NCBI GenBank assembly: GCA_023379675.1
Contig: JAMCPL010000008.1
Span: 30,720 to 94,719 of the forward strand
Length of the DNA stretch: 64,000 bases
Direction: 5' to 3'
DNA from: Actinomycetota bacterium
GTDB taxonomy: Bacteria; Actinomycetota; Acidimicrobiia; Acidimicrobiales; JAMCPL01
Shown here: one piece after another, positions 1 to 9,807 of the stretch
How the letters are laid out: the number at the start of each line of letters is the position of its first letter
How positions within the stretch are numbered: position 1 is the stretch's first letter
Program-made: the position numbers and the translations under genes
The notes under the pieces: generated by a model
Told to the model about the DNA's origin: nothing
Seen by the model: only the letters and a program-made list of their open reading frames with translations
Databases searched by the model: none

Positions 1-1
1 C

Positions 2-298
2 TCGCAGGAAGCCATGGAGGAGATTGCGCTCGATATTGCGGAGGGAGCCGATATTGTCATGGTCAAGCCTGCCCTGTCGTATCTTGACATAATCTCACGA
101 ATATCTTCCACCGTGAATGTTCCGGTTGCCGGCTACCATGTAAGCGGCGAATACTCAATGGTAAAAGCTGCCGGGGAACGAGGATGGCTGGATGCCGGAG
201 CTGTGATGATGGAACATCTCGTGTCCATAAAGCGAGCCGGCGCCCGATTTATAATCAGCTATGCAGCCGCCGAGATTGCAGAAATGATCGGACGGTGA
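2..298 (+). CDS. hemB: porphobilinogen synthase (delta-aminolevulinate dehydratase), 3' fragment; the gene starts upstream of the window
   Basis: The frame is open from the window edge. The translation ...[17 protein letters not shown]...[14 protein letters not shown]...[12 protein letters not shown] matches the conserved HemB C-terminus. hemL follows directly, as in haem operons. Confidence 0.85.
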   Translation, partial: SQEAMEEIALDIAEGADIVMVKPALSYLDIISRISSTVNVPVAGYHVSGEYSMVKAAGERGWLDAGAVMMEHLVSIKRAGARFIISYAAAEIAEMIGR

Positions 299-406
299 TG
301 ACAGTGATAATGCCGATAATCGGACAATGATAATGTCGCATACTCCAGCCTGTTGCCGTCCCCGTCACCACATGGGAAAGTGGTGAAGCGATGCTTACAA
401 CTTAAA

Positions 407-1786
407 ATGAACGATCTCAACGATGAGTGGTTCGCGAGAGCCCAGCGAGTGATTCCGGGGGGTGTGGACTCACCAGTACGATCCTTCAGCTCCGTGGGAG
501 GCACCCCCGTAACGGTGGACCACGGCAAGGGAGCATACCTATACGATGTGAATGGCCACCGGTATGTGGACATGATCCAGTCGTATGGTGCAGTAATCCT
601 CGGCCATGCCGATCCCGGTATCACTAGTGCGCTTTACGACGCAATTAGCAAGGGTACGACATTCGGCACCCCCACCAGAGGCGAGGTGCTGCTTGCAGAG
701 GAGATATGCGCAAGAGTACCCGGTTGCGAGCAGGTGCGGTTTGTATCGTCAGGCACTGAGGCTGCAATGAGCGCCATACGTCTGGCAAGGGGAGCCACCG
801 GGAGGGACCGGGTGATCAAGTTCGCAGGTTGCTACCATGGTCACTCGGACGGATTGCTGGCAAAAAGCGGCAGTGGCGTTGCCGTCATGGGGTTGTCCGG
901 GTCGGAGGCAGGGTCGGAGGCAGGGTCGGAGGCAGGGTCGGAGGCAGGGTCGGAGGCAGGGTCGGAGGCAGGGTACCTGCCAGGCTCACTGCCTGGATCT
1001 GCAGGTGTGCCTGTTGCAAGCGTAAGTGACACCATAATATGTCCATACAACCAGGTGCCTTCCCATGATGTGCTGGATGAAAAAGTGGCATGCGTAATAG
1101 TGGAACCAGTTGCGGCCAACATGGGTGTAGTGCTTCCCGCACCGGGTTTCCTGCAAGGTTTGCGTAACGCATGTGATGCCGCTGGTGCCCTGCTCATCTT
1201 CGACGAGGTAATCACCGGCTTCAGGGTGGCTTACAGCAACGCGTCAACCATGTGTGGCGTGATACCGGATATCTACTGCTTCGGCAAGGTCATCGGTGGT
1301 GGACTCCCCCTTGCGGCGTTTGGCGGAAAGGCCGGATTACTGAAGCAGCTTGCACCCGTTGGGCCCGTTTACCAGGCAGGTACACTCTCGGGTAACCCAC
1401 TTGCCACAGCTGCAGGTCTGAGTGTATTGAACCGCCTGGACGAGAATGCGTTTACTACGCTGGCGAGCAAGGTGGAGTCATTCGCCGCAGGACTTCAATC
1501 TGTACTGAGTGATGCAGGGCTGGAGGCTGCCGTCCAACGATACGGTACGCTATGCAGTGTGTTCTTCGGAACAAGCAACACAGTATCTGACTATGATACT
1601 GCCTCAGCTTCAGCCGCCACCGGCATATACAGCAAGTTCTTCCACCATATGCTGGACCGCGGAGTGATGCTCCCGCCTGGTCCGTACGAAGCACTGTTCG
1701 TTGGATTGGCGCACAGCGACGCAGACTTGGACTACGTACTGGAGCAGGCAAGGACTGCTGCGTCAGAGACCGCAATGCGTATTTGA
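407..1786 (+). CDS. hemL: glutamate-1-semialdehyde 2,1-aminomutase
   Basis: FARAQRVIPGGVDSPVRSF, DEVITGFR and FGKVIGGGLP are class-III aminotransferase / HemL hallmarks. I moved the start to ATG 407 (MNDLNDEWF); the ORF-track start is 353. The gene carries an in-frame (GSEA)6 tract. Confidence 0.93.
   Translation: MNDLNDEWFARAQRVIPGGVDSPVRSFSSVGGTPVTVDHGKGAYLYDVNGHRYVDMIQSYGAVILGHADPGITSALYDAISKGTTFGTPTRGEVLLAEEICARVPGCEQVRFVSSGTEAAMSAIRLARGATGRDRVIKFAGCYHGHSDGLLAKSGSGVAVMGLSGSEAGSEAGSEAGSEAGSEAGSEAGYLPGSLPGSAGVPVASVSDTIICPYNQVPSHDVLDEKVACVIVEPVAANMGVVLPAPGFLQGLRNACDAAGALLIFDEVITGFRVAYSNASTMCGVIPDIYCFGKVIGGGLPLAAFGGKAGLLKQLAPVGPVYQAGTLSGNPLATAAGLSVLNRLDENAFTTLASKVESFAAGLQSVLSDAGLEAAVQRYGTLCSVFFGTSNTVSDYDTASASAATGIYSKFFHHMLDRGVMLPPGPYEALFVGLAHSDADLDYVLEQARTAASETAMRI
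899..970 (+). repeat. perfect 12-bp tandem repeat (GGGTCGGAGGCA) x6 inside hemL, encoding (GSEA)6
   Basis: Counted directly: six identical 12-mers from 899 to 970, in frame. Confidence 0.98.
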
Positions 1787-1814
1787 TGCATATTTGGCCA
1801 AAGGAACGCCTCGC

Positions 1815-2888
1815 TCAGTAGGGCAGGCAGACCGGCCGCCAGAGTGTGGACATTTTATCCATATCTACTGCACGTACCCTACCCTCCTGAGTAAGCTTGC
1901 GGAGATGCGCCCATAACGAATAGCGCGCCATAGAGTGTAGGGACTCCGGAACATCTCTATATACTGTCATGATCATATCATCTATAGATATACCCTGTCC
2001 GTGACCATCGTTGATACTCTTGCTACCACTGCCGGACACAACCTGTAACCCTCGGTTTGGATGATGCTGCTGGTCGCCGTTGGTGCTCTTGTCCTGATCA
2101 CCGCTCTCGCCAGGATGACGACTTAGCCTCCCATCTTGGTCTCCATCTTGATCCATACTAAGGCGAGTCACCTGAGGTGTCCTGCTCAGGCGACAGAGCG
2201 CTTCCCATACGGCCTCCTCGCGCATCCGGCGATGCTCGATGACGGAGGAGACCATCCTGGCCGGATCGTCCATGCACATACCGTGGCCTGGCAACAGCGC
2301 CCTGACCGGAGGCGTAATCTCCAGCAACAGCCGTAGGCTGTCCATGTATCTGGCCATGTCGCCATCCAGAGGGGCTATAACCACCGTGGAACCCTGCATT
2401 AGATGATCTCCGGTAAAAAGCAGGTCCTCTCCCAACAACATGTAGCACAGATGGTCCGACGAGTGACCCGGCGTGTAAATAGCCCGCAACCCAGCTCCCT
2501 GCACGCTCAGTATGTCCCCGTTCGTCAGCAGCCTGTCAGGTTCGAACCCGGGACTCCGGGTAAATCCGGCTGTCTCTGCGCCGGTAATACGCGCCAATAG
2601 AGCTGCAGCAGGTGCATGATCAAGGTGCTTGTGAGTGACGGCGATCTTGCTTATCCGACCTTCACCTATATCCGCCAGCAAATGCACATGCTCGGCCAAC
2701 TCCGGACCAGGATCCACAACCACCAGCTCATCGCTGCCTATGATATAGCTGTTGGTCCCTGGCCCGGTCATGGCTCCTGGGTTGGGAGCAACCACCCTGG
2801 TCACTCCGGGAAAGAGCTTCGCGGGTTCTCCAGGTATACAAGCTTGATAAGGATCGAAATGCTCGGAATGCACTACGGAAAGCATCAC
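1815..2888 (-). CDS. MBL-fold metallo-hydrolase with a low-complexity insert near the C-terminus
   Basis: HxHxDH motif (VTHKHLDHAPAA) and downstream TPGHSSDH. There is a roughly 60-aa D/Q/G/S-rich insert (MDQDGDQDG...GDQDKSTNGDQQHH) at about 1977-2162. Confidence 0.8.
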   Translation of the reverse strand: MMLSVVHSEHFDPYQACIPGEPAKLFPGVTRVVAPNPGAMTGPGTNSYIIGSDELVVVDPGPELAEHVHLLADIGEGRISKIAVTHKHLDHAPAAALLARITGAETAGFTRSPGFEPDRLLTNGDILSVQGAGLRAIYTPGHSSDHLCYMLLGEDLLFTGDHLMQGSTVVIAPLDGDMARYMDSLRLLLEITPPVRALLPGHGMCMDDPARMVSSVIEHRRMREEAVWEALCRLSRTPQVTRLSMDQDGDQDGRLSRHPGESGDQDKSTNGDQQHHPNRGLQVVSGSGSKSINDGHGQGISIDDMIMTVYRDVPESLHSMARYSLWAHLRKLTQEGRVRAVDMDKMSTLWRPVCLPY

Positions 2889-2975
2889 TCCTCAGTCTAT
2901 CGCCAGTCTGATCGCTGCAATCCTGCGCATCTATCAGGCATCCACATTACAAGCTGAGCGGATATCCAGGCACTA

Positions 2976-4055
2976 TCAGGGAGAAGTGTCTCCGATAAGG
3001 TCACCCAGGTCGCCAGAGAAAAGTTCCAGATCGACTCCGTGATCGACGAGAATCCTCAGCACAACTTCTGCAAACATCTCCGGCTCTGCTATCAGCCACG
3101 TATGGCTGCCCTCCACCACCGTGCTCTGCACGCCAGCCGCACGGCACAAGCCTGTCACGGCACCATGGGGCACAAGCCTGTCACGGTCAGACCACACGAT
3201 GGACACGGGGGTACCCGCTAAGGAAACCCGTTCCAGCTCAGCCATAAGATCAGCCCTGCGCACCACATTGACCATCTTCACCACTTCCGGGAGATTCCTC
3301 AAAAGATTGGGCATAGCTCCCTCTGCCACAGCTGGGAGTACCTTGGCTACTGACGATCCGGCAATCAGGTCCGTACCTAGGTCCTGGCCCCATTCCCACA
3401 AAGGTCTGCGAGCCATCAGCTCGATCTCGCCATCCGCACCACACCGTATAGGGCCACCAACAGGATTACACAAAACGGCCAATCGGACCATTTCGGGAAA
3501 GTCGTGCGCCACCTGGATAGCCACACCGCCGCCAAACGAATGGCCTATAACCGTAACCGGATCCTTCTGGCCCGCGGCATCCAGAAACCGTGCCGCCCAT
3601 TCTGCATAGACCGGAAATGATCTCTCCCCGGCAACAAGCCTGGGCGACCCTCCGAAGCCAGGTTGCGCCGGAGCAAGTACCCGGCACCCGATGCTTGCCA
3701 GTGACGCAATTGCAGACTTATAGGTTCTGTGACTTACTCCCCAGCCATGCAGGAAAAGCACCGGCAGTCCCTCTCCAGCAACAGCGTAGCTGAAAACACC
3801 TTCCACCATCTCGGCCTGCCGCCATGAAATGGCACAGCTGGTCGACTTGGAACTGGCTGCATCATCTGTCCTATCCTCTGCATTACCATCTGAACCGGCT
3901 GAACCGCCCCAAGGCAGGGATAAGCGTGGAAAAGATATGTTAACCGGTAACCTCAGGCCTACCTTGGGTGCGCTTCCCATGGTAAGCATGGTACACCCTG
4001 CAGTTGGCGGTTTCCAGTATCTTGCCGCTCCTGATAGAACTATGCGCCAGACCAA
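2976..4055 (-). CDS. alpha/beta-fold hydrolase
   Basis: LFLHGWG oxyanion region and GHSFGG nucleophile elbow. The N-terminal ~80 aa look non-homologous, so ATG 3809 (MVEGVF) is an alternative start. Confidence 0.75.
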   Translation of the reverse strand: MVWRIVLSGAARYWKPPTAGCTMLTMGSAPKVGLRLPVNISFPRLSLPWGGSAGSDGNAEDRTDDAASSKSTSCAISWRQAEMVEGVFSYAVAGEGLPVLFLHGWGVSHRTYKSAIASLASIGCRVLAPAQPGFGGSPRLVAGERSFPVYAEWAARFLDAAGQKDPVTVIGHSFGGGVAIQVAHDFPEMVRLAVLCNPVGGPIRCGADGEIELMARRPLWEWGQDLGTDLIAGSSVAKVLPAVAEGAMPNLLRNLPEVVKMVNVVRRADLMAELERVSLAGTPVSIVWSDRDRLVPHGAVTGLCRAAGVQSTVVEGSHTWLIAEPEMFAEVVLRILVDHGVDLELFSGDLGDLIGDTSP

Positions 4056-4093
4056 GATTTTGACCTAAATCGTGGTATATTGGATGCCCAGCG

Positions 4094-5107
4094 ATGGAAA
4101 AACCTACCGGCCAGGATGAGACCGAGAACGGCAACGAGTCCGGACGTGATCGGACCAAGCTGCGTCATGCCGGGCGCCACCGCGTGCCCACAGCCCTGAT
4201 TACCTGGAGTGTCATAATTGTCGTTGCCATCGTGGCATTGGCCCTGATCGGCCTGAAGCTGCTGAGTTCGCCAATTGTTATAAAACCTAATCCTTTCCCG
4301 GTCGCTTCGTCATCGACTCTTCGCGAACTAAGTACCGAAGCGCTCTCCACATTGAGTAATACTGGTGGTTACGATACTGCAGGACTTGCCATGCCGGTAT
4401 TGATTCGGTCCGGTAACAACGGGTCCATCCCCAATGGCTATAGTAGTAGGGCTCAGGGGAGCTCTTCTAGCAGGAACTCCACACCGGGAGGCAACGCGGT
4501 ATCGCAGTTGCCTGTTGTGACGTTTGTAGGGAGCGAGTACTGCCCTTACTGTGAAGCCGCCAGCTGGCCGCTGGTACTGGCGTTGAGCAGGTTTGGCACT
4601 TTCAGAAAGTTGGGAATAGCCAGTTCTTCCAGCGCGGAAGCATTCCCAAGCATAAACGGCTTCTCATTTTACCGGCTGGCATACACGAGTAAGTACGTAG
4701 ACTTCACTGGCGTGGAAGAGGCATCTTCCACGCCCTCGAGCAATCCCTACAATGGATTTACAACCATGAACCGTCCGAGCGAATCCCTATCATCGCTTCT
4801 CCAGCGCTATGACAAGCCTCCTTATGTTGCACAGGCCGATGCAGGAGCACTGCCTTTCCTGGATATATCGAACCAGGTAATCGTGGCCGGGCCAATGTTC
4901 TCCGCAGGGCTACTCCAGGCCAAGAGCTACGGCACCATCGCCAATGATATAGCCAGCCCCTCCAAGTCCATTGCTGGGCAAGCAATCATCACCTCGGCCA
5001 ACCTCATCACAGCTGGCCTATGCGCAGTCACCGGAGCAAAGCCGGCCGCTGTGTGCTCATCTCCTGCAATCCAGCAGGCTACCGCGCTGCTCGCCGCAAG
5101 CTCCTAA
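4094..5107 (+). CDS. DUF929-family membrane-anchored thioredoxin-like protein
   Basis: One N-terminal TM helix, then GSEYCPYCEAASWPLVLALSRFGTF, which matches the DUF929 CPxC signature as I remember it. Confidence 0.65.
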   Translation: MEKPTGQDETENGNESGRDRTKLRHAGRHRVPTALITWSVIIVVAIVALALIGLKLLSSPIVIKPNPFPVASSSTLRELSTEALSTLSNTGGYDTAGLAMPVLIRSGNNGSIPNGYSSRAQGSSSSRNSTPGGNAVSQLPVVTFVGSEYCPYCEAASWPLVLALSRFGTFRKLGIASSSSAEAFPSINGFSFYRLAYTSKYVDFTGVEEASSTPSSNPYNGFTTMNRPSESLSSLLQRYDKPPYVAQADAGALPFLDISNQVIVAGPMFSAGLLQAKSYGTIANDIASPSKSIAGQAIITSANLITAGLCAVTGAKPAAVCSSPAIQQATALLAASS

Positions 5108-5118
5108 CCCTGCGCGCC

Positions 5119-5943
5119 TCATTGCGAGCAGACAGGCCATCGCCAGGAACCTGCTGGCAAGGACACACGCCCGTGCTCCGTGCGCCATTTGGAATAGCTT
5201 TTCGCCCACTCTTCGTGCCACTTGACCTCCGAGGCATGCAACTCATCTATAGACAGGCGTCCAAGGTCGGGGTACTGTTCAGCCTGCGCCATCGCTACGG
5301 CCACCGCAGCGCCGGCATCTCCAGCCGCATCGTGAGCAGAGGGGAGATCGACCCCGTAGTGGCTGCACAGCATCTGAAGAGTGCGCTTACCCTTGCGGAA
5401 CCGGTCAAAGTGCCGGTCTATGACCAGAACATCGACTACCCGCAAGTCCGGCAACATCACACCCGTACCAAACCACTGGCGTGAAACGGCATCAATCATG
5501 GTCAGATCGTAACTGAGATTCATACCCGCAACGACAGCACCGGTAGCTGAGGCAAACCCAAGCGCAGCAATGATATGAGAGATGCCGGACTCGAGCGTCA
5601 CGCCTTCAGAAGCCGCCCGCGCCGTGGTAATCCCATGTATAGCCACTGCCTGGGATGGTATGGGCCTACCGGGGTCAATCAAAAAATGATCTACATTCAC
5701 CGTCCTGCCTCCCTGGACATAAACCAATGCCGCCGAAACAGGAACGTCATCGAAAGGATCGACACCAGTAGTCTCCAGATCGAATCCGAGCAGGCGCCCC
5801 CTTGCCCACGAATCCAGCTGGGAATCCGCAGGATGAGGCTCCTGGCTGGTCCATTCGAATGGTTTCACCCTGACATCCTCCCTAGGGCTAAAGCCCGGGG
5901 ATTGCGCTTGCACTTTGGGGACGGTACTCGACTTCACGGGCAC
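5119..5943 (-). CDS. DEDDh 3'-5' exonuclease (DnaQ/epsilon-like)
   Basis: Exo I motif GFDLETTG, an Exo II-like region, and Exo III HDAAGDA. Confidence 0.75.
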   Translation of the reverse strand: MPVKSSTVPKVQAQSPGFSPREDVRVKPFEWTSQEPHPADSQLDSWARGRLLGFDLETTGVDPFDDVPVSAALVYVQGGRTVNVDHFLIDPGRPIPSQAVAIHGITTARAASEGVTLESGISHIIAALGFASATGAVVAGMNLSYDLTMIDAVSRQWFGTGVMLPDLRVVDVLVIDRHFDRFRKGKRTLQMLCSHYGVDLPSAHDAAGDAGAAVAVAMAQAEQYPDLGRLSIDELHASEVKWHEEWAKSYSKWRTEHGRVSLPAGSWRWPVCSQ

Positions 5944-6441
5944 CTACTCACGCCGACCAATTCGTGTATTTGCCCGTCTCAGATACCGGTGCGAACAATC
6001 CCACAACCACCGGGCCATCAGGTGTCTGGTGTCTTTCGCTGGATTGCGCACACAATCGACAACATGCAAGCACCTGTCCTGCACCATCACGGCAAGTGTA
6101 GCCGCCTTTCCCGAGCTGTGGGCCGTTTAGCACCAGACAACCCAGCCACAGGCCACGCTCCGCTCATTACTGGATATATGCCTCATTATTGGAAGATACT
6201 AACATGCACCTGTAACGCTTACCTGGTATGCCGTATACGCGCAATGCATATACAGGACGGCGGACTTGCCATACAGCCGAGGTAAGCGTTTGGAACGGCA
6301 GATCCGGGGTACATCCAGCGCCGTCAAAGTCATCGATATCACCCAAGATGACACGCGCATACATGCTAAGCGCTGGCTAGACGCATCATATGCCGACATA
6401 CCGTTACCTCGATCCACCTTCACGGGAATGCCGCTATCTGA

Positions 6442-6936
6442 TCACCCCGCCTTATCCAGGTACACCATCCATTCAGGCTCAGGAGTAAAGCGCATCAGCC
6501 ATGCCTCCCGGCCAAGAGGACGGTACGGTACCCTGTGCAGGACCCAGCCCATCTCTTTTACGGTCTTGGCGCCTTTCTTGCCATTGCATCTGGTACAGGC
6601 CGCCACGACATTCTCCCAGGAATGACTACCGCCATTGCACCGCGGTATCACATGGTCGGTGGTGGTGGCCGGCTTTCCGCAGTAGGCACAGACATGATGA
6701 TCTCGAGCCAGAACGTTACGAGTGGTCAATGCCACTGAACGGCCGTACGGCACGACTACGTAACGCATCAGGCGTATGACGGACGGCACGACTACGCTGA
6801 CGCTTGGACTATTGAAGACTGCAGTCGATTCACAAACCGTTTCAGCCTTACCACCAAACAGCAGCGATAGGGCTCTTTGGGGTGATACGACGCTCAGTGG
6901 CTCGTAGCTGGCATTCAACAACAGTACTCGGCTCAT
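6442..6936 (-). CDS. HNH endonuclease
   Basis: CAYCGKPATTTDHVIPRCNGGSHSWENVVAACTRCNGKKG is a canonical HNH/zinc-finger core. Confidence 0.85.
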   Translation of the reverse strand: MSRVLLLNASYEPLSVVSPQRALSLLFGGKAETVCESTAVFNSPSVSVVVPSVIRLMRYVVVPYGRSVALTTRNVLARDHHVCAYCGKPATTTDHVIPRCNGGSHSWENVVAACTRCNGKKGAKTVKEMGWVLHRVPYRPLGREAWLMRFTPEPEWMVYLDKAG

Positions 6937-7253
6937 AATCCTACCACTTTACTCTACTCGCTCCAGCGGTAGGACTTCAAGTACGGTAATGTACCCGAAA
7001 CTCGACGATAGTCTTTCACACAAGCCTGTCTCGCCACCTGCACTTTGCAGCTGTAACCTACAGTCCAGCAAATCCGTATAACTTGCGAGAATCCAGCACG
7101 CCCGCAGAACTGATACCATTACTGCCTCAATTACTGCCTCAATGAGTTGTAACTGAACTGGGGGTGCGATTTCCCGATATCAGGCAGCCATTAAATTGTG
7201 AATCCAAGTTATTTTAGCCTACCGGTTGCCAAGCCGTCGTGAGCGCGCTATAA

Positions 7254-7280
7254 TTAGCACTCACAAGGCAAGAGTGCTAG
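7254..7280 (+). promoter_or_regulatory. CIRCE operator (HrcA binding site) upstream of groES
   Basis: TTAGCACTC-N9-GAGTGCTAG versus consensus TTAGCACTC-N9-GAGTGCTAA (1 mismatch). It lies about 250 nt upstream of the groES ATG. Confidence 0.85.
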
Positions 7281-7533
7281 GTATCAGGTACCATGTATCA
7301 GGTATCAATGAGTATCGGGCAATGAGCATGCCGAGCAGTCTTGCAGGTATGTTGGACATGCGACATGCGGTACTCTTGTCCTTGCTGTAGAAAGCCCGTG
7401 CTGGGTGAGGCGGCATTGCAGTAGTGCAGGGTTGCAGGTATGTCCTGTCCTGGCCGGGCAGTGCAAAGATGCCCACGACGGGCAGTGCAGGTAGTAGGTA
7501 ATTGATAGCTAACAGACAGGAGGCTCAACAGAC

Positions 7534-7827
7534 ATGAAACTTCAGCCACTCGAGGACAGGATAGTAGTCCGCCCGGGAGAGTCGGAGGAGACCACGGCAT
7601 CCGGCCTTGTCATCCCTGACACGGCAAAAGAGAAGCCGCAGCAAGGAGAGGTGATAGCCGTAGGCCCGGGGCGGCGGGCAGAGCACACCGGAGAGCTTGT
7701 ACCGGTAGGTGTATCGGTGGGCGATACGGTTGTGTATTCAAAGTACGGTGGCACCGAGATCACTGTGGATGGTGAGGATCTCCTCATCCTTTCCAGTAGG
7801 GATGTACTGGCCATAGTAGTCAAGTAG
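7534..7827 (+). CDS. groES: co-chaperonin GroES
   Basis: 97 aa; [11 protein letters not shown]...[28 protein letters not shown]; RBS CAGGAGG upstream. Confidence 0.97.
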   Translation: MKLQPLEDRIVVRPGESEETTASGLVIPDTAKEKPQQGEVIAVGPGRRAEHTGELVPVGVSVGDTVVYSKYGGTEITVDGEDLLILSSRDVLAIVVK

Positions 7828-8056
7828 CTGCTTCCTTGCAGTACAGTAGATGCACTGCAAGTACTGTAAGGACAGGTCTCTCACATTTCCTGGCCAGCAG
7901 GGACGTGTCGTCGTAGTGGTCAAGTGGTCGCACGTTTCACGTTCAGGCAGGATGAGGCAGGATATCAGGTAGGACATAGCGTAACAGAGCACATACAAGC
8001 AACAGTACGCAGACATTAAAGACACAAATATAGATACAAGGATAGAAGGACATACA

Positions 8057-9664
8057 ATGCCGAAGATACTTCATTATGATGCCCAGGCGCGTAGAGGCCT
8101 GGAAGCCGGGGTCGACAAGCTTGCCAATGTAGTGCGAGTGACCCTGGGTCCCAAGGGCCGCAATGTGGTGATAGACAAGAAGTGGGGCGCACCTACCATC
8201 ACCAACGACGGCGTAACCATCGCCCGTGAGGTGGAGTTGGAGGACCCCTTCGAGAACATGGGAGCCCAGCTGGTCAAAGAAGTGGCGACCAAGACCAACG
8301 ATGTTGCAGGTGATGGTACCACGACCGCCACAGTACTGGCTCAGGCGCTCATCCACGAGGGACTGCGCAATGTGACCGCCGGTGCCAACCCGATGGCGCT
8401 GAAGCGGGGCATCGACAAGGCTGTGGCGTCGGTGGTGGAGTCGATCCGTGGGCAATCCCACGAAATATCGTCCAAGGAGGAAATCGCCCAGGTGGCATCC
8501 ATCTCCGCTGCTGACAACTCCATTGGAGAGATACTGGCGGATGCCATAGACCGGGTGGGCAAGGACGGCACCGTCACGGTCGAGGAGTCCAACACGTTTG
8601 GTCTTGAACTCGACTTCACAGAAGGGATGCAGTTCGACAAGGGATACCTGTCGCCCTACTTCGTGACCGATCCCGAACGCCAGGAGGCCGTGCTCGAGGA
8701 TGCCTATATCCTTATAGTCAACTCGAAAATCAGCTCCATACACGATCTGCTCCCGATACTGGAGAAGGTCATGCAATCCGGCAAGCCGTTGCTCGTCATA
8801 GCGGAGGATGTCGAAGGAGAGGCGCTGGCCACCCTGGTGGTCAACAGGGTTAGGGGCATATTCACTTCGGTATCCGTCAAGGCTCCCGGTTTCGGCGAGC
8901 GTCGTAAGGCAATGCTGCAGGACATAGCCGTGCTGACTGGCGGGCAGGTGATATCAGAGGAGATTGGGCTGAAGCTGGAAGGTGTCACCCTTGACCTTCT
9001 TGGTAGGGCAAGGAGAGTGGTGGTCACCAAGGACGACACGACCGTGGTGGACGGTGCCGGTTCCGAGGAGGACATCAAGGGTAGGATCGCCCAGATCAAG
9101 CGGGAGATAGAGGAGACCGATTCCGATTGGGATCGTGAGAAGCTCCAGGAGCGCTTGGCCAAGCTTTCCGGCGGTGTTGCCGTGGTACGCGTGGGTGCTG
9201 CCACCGAAGTGGAACTCAAGGAGAAGAAACACCGCATAGAAGATGCGCTCTCCGCCACCAGAGCCGCAATCGAGGAGGGCGTAGTTGCAGGCGGTGGCAC
9301 GGCCCTTGTACGTGCCATGGGCGATGTTCGGAAGCTGGTGTCGTCGCTGCAGGACGATGAGGCGACCGGGGCTTCCATCGTTGCCCGTTGCCTGGCTGAG
9401 CCGCTCAAGTGGATTGCCGCTAATGCAGGGATGGAGGGCGCGGTGATGGCCCAGCATGTGGAATCGGAATCCGGGTCGACCGGCCTCAATGCCGCGAGCG
9501 GCGTGATCGAGGACTTGATGAAGGTCGGTATCATCGACCCGGCGAAAGTGACTCGTTCCGCACTGCAGAATGCCGCATCCGTAGCAGGGTTGCTGCTCAC
9601 CACCGAAGTGCTTGTGGCTGACAAGCCTGAGCAGAAAGACACCGCTACGCCTGGAGCAGCCTGA
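8057..9664 (+). CDS. groEL: chaperonin GroEL
   Basis: 535 aa; [31 protein letters not shown]. Full-length Cpn60. Confidence 0.98.
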   Translation: MPKILHYDAQARRGLEAGVDKLANVVRVTLGPKGRNVVIDKKWGAPTITNDGVTIAREVELEDPFENMGAQLVKEVATKTNDVAGDGTTTATVLAQALIHEGLRNVTAGANPMALKRGIDKAVASVVESIRGQSHEISSKEEIAQVASISAADNSIGEILADAIDRVGKDGTVTVEESNTFGLELDFTEGMQFDKGYLSPYFVTDPERQEAVLEDAYILIVNSKISSIHDLLPILEKVMQSGKPLLVIAEDVEGEALATLVVNRVRGIFTSVSVKAPGFGERRKAMLQDIAVLTGGQVISEEIGLKLEGVTLDLLGRARRVVVTKDDTTVVDGAGSEEDIKGRIAQIKREIEETDSDWDREKLQERLAKLSGGVAVVRVGAATEVELKEKKHRIEDALSATRAAIEEGVVAGGGTALVRAMGDVRKLVSSLQDDEATGASIVARCLAEPLKWIAANAGMEGAVMAQHVESESGSTGLNAASGVIEDLMKVGIIDPAKVTRSALQNAASVAGLLLTTEVLVADKPEQKDTATPGAA

Positions 9665-9680
9665 GGAGTGCTGTAGGACC

Positions 9681-9786
9681 GTGTGCTGCCTGCGAGCAGG
9701 TGCAGCCGTTGGCCCGCGTGGCGGGTCCGGCGATAGAGCTGGTCAGGGTTACCGGTGTGCTGCCTGCAAGCAGGTGCAGCCGTTGG
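9681..9786. repeat. two copies of a 32-bp hairpin-forming repeat (9681-9712 and 9755-9786, 1 mismatch) in the convergent gap after groEL; probable bidirectional terminators
   Basis: GTGTGCTGCCTGC(G/A)AGCAGGTGCAGCCGTTGG seen twice. Each copy contains an imperfect GC-rich stem (CTGCCTGC / GCAGGTGCAG). Confidence 0.6.
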
Positions 9787-9807
9787 AGCTCGCTCGTGGT
9801 GCAACAG

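Noticed and set aside
5948-6133. 61-aa Cys-containing ORF considered as a WhiB-like protein
   Set aside because: The Cys spacing (C-x12-CC-x2-C) does not match the WhiB C-x(n)-C-x2-C-x5-C pattern. There is no HTH-like basic tail and no start context.
8704-9804. 366-aa ORF antisense to groEL
   Set aside because: It is a shadow ORF opposite a certain gene, with a low-complexity S/A/T-rich translation.
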